A stretch of 64,000 bases of DNA from NCBI RefSeq assembly GCF_009914755.1, contig NC_060941.1, one strand, 5' to 3'. Shown here piece after piece: positions 1 through 8,400 of the stretch (position 1 is the stretch's first letter; the number at the start of each line of letters is the position of its first letter). Position numbers and translations under genes: made by a program. The notes below the pieces were generated by a model. The model searched no databases. It was not told the DNA's origin and worked only from the letters and a program-made list of their open reading frames with translations. The DNA is from the human T2T-CHM13v2.0 reference genome, Homo sapiens.

Positions 1-476
1 ACAGAAGCCTTCTCAGAAACTTCTCTGTGATGATTGCATTCAACTCACAGAGTTGAACCCTCCTATGGATAGAGCAGTGTTGAAACTCTCTTTTTGTGGA
101 ATCTGCAAGTGGATATGTGGACCTCTCCGAAGATGTCTTTGGAAACGGGAATATCTTCACATAAAAACTAAACAGAAGCATTCTCAGAAACTTCTCTGTG
201 ATGTTTGTGTTCAACTCCCAGAGTTTCACATTGCTTTTCATAGAGTAGTTCTGAAACATGCTTTTCGTAGTGTCTACAAGTGGACATTTGGAGCGCTTTC
301 AGGCCTGTGGTGGAAAACGAATTATGGTCACATAAAAACTGGAGAGAAGCATTGTCAGAAACTTCTTTGTGATGATTGCATTCAACTCACAGAGTTGAAG
401 GTTCCTTTTCAAAGAGCAGTTTCCAATCACTCTTTGTGTGGAATCTGCAAGTGGATATTTGGACCTATTTTGAAGA

Positions 477-493
477 TTTCGTTGGAAACGGGA
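477..493 (+). promoter_or_regulatory. CENP-B box, monomer 3 (repeats every 2,715 bp)
   Basis: TTTCGTTGGAAACGGGA matches the 17-bp CENP-B box YTTCGTTGGAARCGGGA. Confidence 0.95.
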
Positions 494-647
494 GAATCTT
501 CACAGGAAAGCTAAACAGAAGCATTCTCAGAAACTTCTTTGTGATGCTTGCATTCAACTCACAGAGTTGAACTTTCCTTTCGAGAGAGAAGCTTTGAAAC
601 ACTCTTTTTCCAGAATCTGCAAGTGGACATTTGGAGGGCTTTGAGGC

Positions 648-664
648 CTGTGGTGGAAAAGGAA
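648..664 (+). other. pJalpha/A-box-type motif at the box position of A-type monomers (representative, monomer 4)
   Basis: CTGTGGTGGAAAAGGAA. Related motifs sit at the same monomer position in monomers 2 (305-321), 5 (819-835), 9 (1491-1507), 13 (2170-2186) and 14 (2341-2357), resembling the A-box consensus CTAYGGTGRAAAAGGAA. Confidence 0.7.
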
Positions 665-989
665 TTATCTTCCCGTAAAAGCTAGATAGAAGCATTCTCA
701 GAAACTACTTTGTGATGATTGCATTCAAGTCACAGAGTTGAACATTCCCTTTGACAGAGCAGTTTGGAAACTCTCTTTGTGTAGAATCTGCAAGTGGAGA
801 TATGGACCGCTTTGAGGCCTATGGTAGTAAAGGAAATAGCTTCATATAAAAGCTAGACAGTAGCATTCACAGAAAACTCTTGGTGACGACTGAGTTTAAC
901 TCACAGAGCTGAACATTCCTTTGGATGGAGCAGTTTCGAAACACACTATTTGTAGAATGTGCAAGTGGATATTTAGGCCTCTCTGAGGA

Positions 990-1006
990 TTTCGTTGGAA
1001 ACGGGA
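990..1006 (+). promoter_or_regulatory. CENP-B box, monomer 6 (repeats every 2,715 bp)
   Basis: TTTCGTTGGAAACGGGA, canonical. Confidence 0.95.
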
Positions 1007-1156
1007 TAAACCGCACAGAACTAAACAGAAGCATTCTCAGAACCTTCTTCGTGATGTTTGCATTCAACTCACAGTGTTGAACCTTTCTTTGATAGTTCAG
1101 GTTTGAAACGGTCTTTCTGTAGAAACTGCAAGTAGATATTTGGACCTCTCTGAGGA

Positions 1157-1173
1157 TTTCGTTGGAAACGGGA
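1157..1173 (+). promoter_or_regulatory. CENP-B box, monomer 7 (repeats every 2,715 bp)
   Basis: TTTCGTTGGAAACGGGA, canonical. Confidence 0.95.
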
Positions 1174-1324
1174 TAACCCGCACAGAACTAAAACAGAAGC
1201 ATTCTCAGAACCCTCTTCGTGATGTTTGCATTCAACTCACAGTGCTGAACCTTTCTTTGATAGTTCAGCTTTGAAACACTCTTTTTGTAGAAACTGCAAG
1301 TGGATATTTGGTCCTCTCTGAGCA

Positions 1325-1341
1325 TTTCGTTGGAAACGGGA
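1325..1341 (+). promoter_or_regulatory. CENP-B box, monomer 8 (repeats every 2,715 bp)
   Basis: TTTCGTTGGAAACGGGA, canonical. Confidence 0.95.
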
Positions 1342-1661
1342 TAAACTGCACAGAACTAAACAGAAGCATTCTCAGAACCTTCTTCGTGATGTCTGCATTC
1401 AACTCACAGTGTGGAACCTTTCTTTGATAGTTCAGGTTTGAAACACTCTTTTTGTAGAAACTGCAAGGGGATCATTGCACTCTTTGAGGAGTACCGTAGT
1501 AAAGGAAATAACTTCCTATAAAAAGAAGACAGAAGCTTTCTCAGAAAATTCTTTGGGATGATTGAGTTGAACTCACAGAGCTGAGCATTCCTTGTGATGT
1601 AGCAGTTTAGAAACACACTTTCTGCAGAATCTGCAAGTGCATATTTGGACCTCTGTGAGGA

Positions 1662-1678
1662 ATTCGTTGGAAACGGGA
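1662..1678 (+). promoter_or_regulatory. CENP-B box, monomer 10, overlapping the HOR-defining EcoRI site (repeats every 2,715 bp)
   Basis: ATTCGTTGGAAACGGGA keeps the essential core NTTCGNNNNANNCGGGN. GAATTC lies at 1660-1665. Confidence 0.9.
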
Positions 1679-1827
1679 TAATTTCAGCTGACTAAACAGA
1701 AGCAGTCTCAGAATCTTCTTTGTGATGTTTGCATTCAAATCCCCGAGTTGAACTTTCCTTTCAAAGTTCACGTTTGAAACACTCTTTTTGCAGGATCTAC
1801 AAGTGGATATTTGGACCACTCTGTGTC

Positions 1828-1844
1828 CTTCGTTCGAAACGGGT
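1828..1844 (+). promoter_or_regulatory. Variant CENP-B box, monomer 11 (repeats every 2,715 bp)
   Basis: CTTCGTTCGAAACGGGT has the core TTCG....A..CGGG intact and differs only at non-core positions. Confidence 0.8.
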
Positions 1845-1998
1845 ATATCTTCACATGACATCTAGACAGAAGCATCCTCAGAAGCTTCTCTGTGATGACT
1901 GCATTCAACTCACGGAGTTGAACACTCCTTTTGAGAGCGCAGTTTTGAAACTCTCTTTCTGTGGCATCTGCAAGGGGACATGTAGACCTCCTTGAAGA

Positions 1999-2015
1999 TT
2001 TCGTTGGAAACGGAA
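1999..2015 (+). promoter_or_regulatory. Degenerate CENP-B box, monomer 12 (predicted non-binding)
   Basis: TTTCGTTGGAAACGGAA has core CGGG replaced by CGGA. Monomer 1 (134-150, TGTCTTTGGAAACGGGA) is also degenerate, lacking TTCG. Confidence 0.75.
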
Positions 2016-2511
2016 TCATCTTCACATAAAAACTACACAGATGCATTCTCAGGAACTTTTTGGTGATGTTTGTATTCAACTCCCAGAGTTGAACTTTCCT
2101 TTGGAAAGAGCAGCTATGAAACACTGTTTTTCTAGAATCTGCAAGTGGACGTTTGGAGGGCTTTGTGGTTTGTGGTGGAAAAGGAAATATCTTCACCTAA
2201 ATACTAGATAGAAGCATTCTCAGAAACTGCTTTGTGATGATTGCATTCACCTCACAGAGTTGAACATTCCTATTGATAGAGCAGTTTGGAAACACTCTTG
2301 TTGTGGAATGTGCAAGTGGAGATTTGGAGCGCTTTGAGGCCTATGGTAGTAAAGGGAATAGCTTCATAGAAAAACTAGACAGAAGCATTCTCAGAAAATA
2401 CTTTGTGATGATTGAGTTTAACTCACAGAGCTGAACATTCCTTTGGATGGAGCAGGTTTGAGACACACTTTTTGTAGAATCTACAAGTGGATATTTGGAC
2501 CTCTCTGAGGA

Positions 2512-2528
2512 TTTCGTTGGAAACGGGA
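2512..2528 (+). promoter_or_regulatory. CENP-B box, monomer 15 (repeats every 2,715 bp)
   Basis: TTTCGTTGGAAACGGGA, canonical. Confidence 0.95.
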
Positions 2529-5392
2529 TAACTGCACCTAACTAAACGGAAGCATTCTCAGAAACTTCTTGGTGATGTTTGCATTCAAATCCCAGAGTTG
2601 AACCTTCCTTTGATAGTTCAGGTTTGAAACACTCTTTTTGTAGGATCTGCAAGTGGATATTTGGACCACTCTGTGGCCTTCGTTCGAAACGGCTATATCT
2701 TCGCATAAAATCTAGACAGAAGCCTTCTCAGAAACTTCTCTGTGATGATTGCATTCAACTCACAGAGTTGAACCCTCCTATGGATAGAGCAGTGTTGAAA
2801 CTCTCTTTTTGTGGAATCTGCAAGTGGATATGTGGACCTCTCCGAAGATGTCTTTGGAAACGGGAATATCTTCACATAAAAACTAAACAGAAGCATTCTC
2901 AGAAACTTCTCTGTGATGTTTGTGTTCAACTCCCAGAGTTTCACATTGCTTTTCATAGAGTAGTTCTGAAACATGCTTTTCGTAGTGTCTACAAGTGGAC
3001 ATTTGGAGCGCTTTCAGGCCTGTGGTGGAAAACGAATTATGGTCACATAAAAACTGGAGAGAAGCATTGTCAGAAACTTCTTTGTGATGATTGCATTCAA
3101 CTCACAGGGTTGAAGGTTCCTTTTCAAAGAGCAGTTTCCAATCACTCTTTCTGTGGAATCTGCAAGTGGATATTTGGACCTATTTTGAAGATTTCGTTGG
3201 AAACGGGAGAATCTTCACAGGAAAGCTAAACAGAAGCATTCTCAGAAACTTCTTTGTGATGCTTGCATTCAACTCACAGAGTTGAACTTTCCTTTCGAGA
3301 GAGAAGCTTTGAAACACTCTTTTTCCAGAATCTGCAAGTGGACATTTGGAGGGCTTTGAGGCCTGTGGTGGAAAAGGAATTATCTTCCCGTAAAAGCTAG
3401 ATAGAAGCATTCTCAGAAACTACTTTGTGATGATTGCATTCAAGTCACAGAGTTGAACATTCCCTTTGACAGAGCAGTTTGGAAACTCTCTTTGTGTAGA
3501 ATCTGCAAGTGGAGATACGGACCGCTTTGAGGCCTATGGTAGTAAAGGAAATAGCTTCATATAAAAGCTAGACAGTAGCATTCACAGAAAACTCTTGGTG
3601 ACGACTGAGTTTAACTCACAGAGCTGAACATTCCTTTGGATGGAGCAGTTTCGAAACACACTATTTGTAGAATGTGCAAGTGGATATTTAGGCCTCTCTG
3701 AGGATTTCGTTGGAAACGGGATAAACCGCACAGAACTAAACAGAAGCATTCTCAGAACCTTCTTCGTGATGTTTGCATTCAACTCACAGTGTTGAACCTT
3801 TCTTTGATAGTTCAGGTTTGAAACGGTCTTTCTGTAGAAACTGCAAGTAGATATTTGGACCTCTCTGAGGATTTCGTTGGAAACGGGATAACCCGCACAG
3901 AACTAAAACAGAAGCATTCTCAGAACCCTCTTCGTGATGTTTGCATTCAACTCACAGTGCTGAACCTTTCTTTGATAGTTCAGCTTTGAAACACTCTTTT
4001 TGTAGAAACTGCAAGTGGATATTTGGTCCTCTCTGAGCATTTCGTTGGAAACGGGATAAACTGCACAGAACTAAACAGAAGCATTCTCAGAACCTTCTTC
4101 GTGATGTCTGCATTCAACTCACAGTGTGGAACCTTTCTTTGATAGTTCAGGTTTGAAACACTCTTTTTGTAGAAACTGCAAGGGGATCATTGCACTCTTT
4201 GAGGAGTACCGTAGTAAAGGAAATAACTTCCTATAAAAAGAAGACAGAAGCTTTCTCAGAAAATTCTTTGGAATGATTGAGTTGAACTCACAGAGCTGAG
4301 CATTCCTTGCGATGTAGCAGTTTAGAAACACACTTTCTGCAGAATCTGCAAGTGCATATTTGGACCTCTGTGAGGAATTCGTTGGAAACGGGATAATTTC
4401 AGCTGACTAAACAGAAGCAGTCTCAGAATCTTCTTTGTGATGTTTGCATTCAAATCCCCGAGTTGAACTTTCCTTTCAAAGTTCACGTTTGAAACACTCT
4501 TTTTGCAGGATCTACAAGTGGATATTTGGACCACTCTGTGTCCTTCGTTCGAAACGGGTATATCTTCACATGACATCTAGACAGAAGCATCCTCAGAAGC
4601 TTCTCTGTGATGACTGCATTCAACTCACGGAGTTGAACACTCCTTTTGAGAGCGCAGTTTTGAAACTCTCTTTCTGTGGCATCTGCAAGGGGACATGTAG
4701 ACCTCCTTGAAGATTTCGTTGGAAACGGAATCATCTTCACATAAAAACTACACAGATGCATTCTCAGGAACTTTTTGGTGATGTTTGTATTCAACTCCCA
4801 GAGTTGAACTTTCCTTTGGAAAGAGCAGCTATGAAACACTGTTTTTCTAGAATCTGCAAGTGGACGTTTGGAGGGCTTTGTGGTTTGTGGTGGAAAAGGA
4901 AATATCTTCACCTAAATACTAGATAGAAGCATTCTCAGAAACTGCTTTGTGATGATTGCATTCACCTCACAGAGTTGAACATTCCTATTGATAGAGCAGT
5001 TTGGAAACACTCTTGTTGTGGAATGTGCAAGTGGAGATTTGGAGCGCTTTGAGGCCTATGGTAGTAAAGGGAATAGCTTCATAGAAAAACTAGACAGAAG
5101 CATTCTCAGAAAATACTTTGTGATGATTGAGTTTAACTCACAGAGCTGAACATTCCTTTGGATGGAGCAGGTTTGAGACACACTTTTTGTAGAATCTACA
5201 AGTGGATATTTGGACCTCTCTGAGGATTTCGTTGGAAACGGGATAACTGCACCTAACTAAACGGAAGCATTCTCAGAAACTTCTTGGTGATGTTTGCATT
5301 CAAATCCCAGAGTTGAACCTTCCTTTGATAGTTCAGGTTTGAAACACTCTTTTTGTAGGATCTGCAAGTGGATATTTGGACCACTCTGTGGC

Positions 5393-5409
5393 CTTCGTTC
5401 GAAACGGGT
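5393..5409 (+). promoter_or_regulatory. Variant CENP-B box, monomer 16 (intact in HOR copies 2-23, mutated in copy 1)
   Basis: CTTCGTTCGAAACGGGT has an intact core. The copy-1 equivalent at 2678-2694 reads ...AAACGGCT. Confidence 0.8.
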
Positions 5410-8400
5410 ATATCTTCGCATAAAATCTAGACAGAAGCCTTCTCAGAAACTTCTCTGTGATGATTGCATTCAACTCACAGAGTTGAACCCTCCTATGGAT
5501 AGAGCAGTGTTGAAACTCTCTTTTTGTGGAATCTGCAAGTGGATATGTGGACCTCTCCGAAGATGTCTTTGGAAACGGGAATATCTTCACATAAAAACTA
5601 AACAGAAGCATTCTCAGAAACTTCTCTGTGATGTTTGTGTTCAACTCCCAGAGTTTCACATTGCTTTTCATAGAGTAGTTCTGAAACATGCTTTTCGTAG
5701 TGTCTACAAGTGGACATTTGGAGCGCTTTCAGGCCTGTGGTGGAAAACGAATTATGGTCACATAAAAACTGGAGAGAAGCATTGTCAGAAACTTCTTTGT
5801 GATGATTGCATTCAACTCACAGGGTTGAAGGTTCCTTTTCAAAGAGCAGTTTCCAATCACTCTTTCTGTGGAATCTGCAAGTGGATATTTGGACCTATTT
5901 TGAAGATTTCGTTGGAAACGGGAGAATCTTCACAGGAAAGCTAAACAGAAGCATTCTCAGAAACTTCTTTGTGATGCTTGCATTCAACTCACAGAGTTGA
6001 ACTTTCCTTTCGAGAGAGAAGCTTTGAAACACTCTTTTTCCAGAATCTGCAAGTGGACATTTGGAGGGCTTTGAGGCCTGTGGTGGAAAAGGAATTATCT
6101 TCCCGTAAAAGCTAGATAGAAGCATTCTCAGAAACTACTTTGTGATGATTGCATTCAAGTCACAGAGTTGAACATTCCCTTTGACAGAGCAGTTTGGAAA
6201 CTCTCTTTGTGTAGAATCTGCAAGTGGAGATACGGACCGCTTTGAGGCCTATGGTAGTAAAGGAAATAGCTTCATATAAAAGCTAGACAGTAGCATTCAC
6301 AGAAAACTCTTGGTGACGACTGAGTTTAACTCACAGAGCTGAACATTCCTTTGGATGGAGCAGTTTCGAAACACACTATTTGTAGAATGTGCAAGTGGAT
6401 ATTTAGGCCTCTCTGAGGATTTCGTTGGAAACGGGATAAACCGCACAGAACTAAACAGAAGCATTCTCAGAACCTTCTTCGTGATGTTTGCATTCAACTC
6501 ACAGTGTTGAACCTTTCTTTGATAGTTCAGGTTTGAAACGGTCTTTCTGTAGAAACTGCAAGTAGATATTTGGACCTCTCTGAGGATTTCGTTGGAAACG
6601 GGATAACCCGCACAGAACTAAAACAGAAGCATTCTCAGAACCCTCTTCGTGATGTTTGCATTCAACTCACAGTGCTGAACCTTTCTTTGATAGTTCAGCT
6701 TTGAAACACTCTTTTTGTAGAAACTGCAAGTGGATATTTGGTCCTCTCTGAGCGTTTCGTTGGAAACGGGATAAACTGCACAGAACTAAACAGAAGCATT
6801 CTCAGAACCTTCTTCGTGATGTCTGCATTCAACTCACAGTGTGGAACCTTTCTTTGATAGTTCAGGTTTGAAACACTCTTTTTGTAGAAACTGCAAGGGG
6901 ATAATTGCACTCTTTGAGGAGTACCGTAGTAAAGGAAATAACTTCCTATAAAAAGAAGACAGAAGCTTTCTCAGAAAATTCTCTGGGATGATTGAGTTGA
7001 ACTCACAGAGCTGAGCATTCCTTGCGATGTAGCAGTTTAGAAACACACTTTCTGCAGAATCTGCAAGTGCATATTTGGACCTCTGTGAGGAATTCGTTGG
7101 AAACGGGATAATTTCAGCTGACTAAACAGAAGCAGTCTCAGAATCTTCTTTGTGATGTTTGCATTCAAATCCCCGAGTTGAACTTTCCTTTCAAAGTTCA
7201 CGTTTGAAACACTCTTTTTGCAGGATCTACAAGTGGATATTTGGACCACTCTGTGTCCTTCGTTCGAAACGGGTATATCTTCACATGACATCTAGACAGA
7301 AGCATCCTCAGAAGCTTCTCTGTGATGACTGCATTCAACTCACGGAGTTGAACACTCCTTTTGAGAGCGCAGTTTTGAAACTCTCTTTCTGTGGCATCTG
7401 CAAGGGGACATGTAGACCTCCTTGAAGATTTCGTTGGAAACGGAATCATCTTCACATAAAAACTACACAGATGCATTCTCAGGAACTTTTTGGTGATGTT
7501 TGTATTCAACTCCCAGAGTTGAACTTTCCTTTGGAAAGAGCAGCTATGAAACACTGTTTTTCTAGAATCTGCAAGTGGACGTTTGGAGGGCTTTGTGGTT
7601 TGTGGTGGAAAAGGAAATATCTTCACCTAAATACTAGATAGAAGCATTCTCAGAAACTGCTTTGTGATGATTGCATTCACCTCACAGAGTTGAACATTCC
7701 TATTGATAGAGCAGTTTGGAAACACTCTTGTTGTGGAATGTGCAAGTGGAGATTTGGAGCGCTTTGAGGCCTATGGTAGTAAAGGGAATAGCTTCATAGA
7801 AAAACTAGACAGAAGCATTCTCAGAAAATACTTTGTGATGATTGAGTTTAACTCACAGAGCTGAACATTCCTTTGGATGGAGCAGGTTTGAGACACACTT
7901 TTTGTAGAATCTACAAGTGGATATTTGGACCTCTCTGAGGATTTCGTTGGAAACGGGATAACTGCACCTAACTAAACGGAAGCATTCTCAGAAACTTCTT
8001 GGTGATGTTTGCATTCAAATCCCAGAGTTGAACCTTCCTTTGATAGTTCAGGTTTGAAACACTCTTTTTGTAGGATCTGCAAGTGGATATTTGGACCACT
8101 CTGTGGCCTTCGTTCGAAACGGGTATATCTTCGCATAAAATCTAGACAGAAGCCTTCTCAGAAACTTCTCTGTGATGATTGCATTCAACTCACAGAGTTG
8201 AACCCTCCTATGGATAGAGCAGTGTTGAAACTCTCTTTTTGTGGAATCTGCAAGTGGATATGTGGACCTCTCCGAAGATGTCTTTGGAAACGGGAATATC
8301 TTCACATAAAAACTAAACAGAAGCATTCTCAGAAACTTCTCTGTGATGTTTGTGTTCAACTCCCAGAGTTTCACATTGCTTTTCATAGAGTAGTTCTGAA

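Larger units (their letters stand above)
1..2715 (+). repeat. One HOR unit (copy 1) of 16 alpha-satellite monomers
   Basis: With an arbitrary phase at ACAGAAGC-like motifs, monomers start at 1, 172, 343, 515, 686, 857, 1025, 1193, 1360, 1529, 1696, 1866, 2037, 2208, 2379 and 2546. Lengths are 171,171,172,171,171,168,168,167,169,167,170,171,171,171,167,170, summing to 2,715. Confidence 0.95.

Noticed and set aside
933-1889. Short palindromes (GTTTCGAAAC 933-942, TTCTGCAGAA 1620-1629, AGAAGCTTCT 1880-1889) and the recurrent TTCTCAGAA dyad resembling a STAT/GAS site
   Set aside because: These are only 9-10 bp and intrinsic to the alphoid consensus or expected by chance, so they are insufficient to claim cruciforms or transcription-factor regulation from sequence alone.
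1-2715. Alternative identity as another ~2.7-kb 16-mer array (e.g. chr7 D7Z2) or other SF3 arrays (DXZ1, D11Z1, D17Z1-B)
   Set aside because: From recalled knowledge, D7Z2 is CENP-B-box-poor and not pentameric, DXZ1 is a 12-mer, D11Z1 a 5-mer and D17Z1-B a 14-mer. The box-rich pentameric 16-mer with one EcoRI site fits D17Z1. This was not verified by alignment.
2579-3229. 216-aa Cys/His/Lys-rich ORF repeated in every HOR, superficially zinc-finger-like (CxxC motifs such as CGIC and CDDC)
   Set aside because: It is a translation of four consecutive 171-bp (57-codon) monomers, which keeps frame by arithmetic. It starts at TTG, lacks C2H2 spacing and gene structure, and similar ORFs occur on both strands. 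This is a known source of spurious alphoid 'proteins'.
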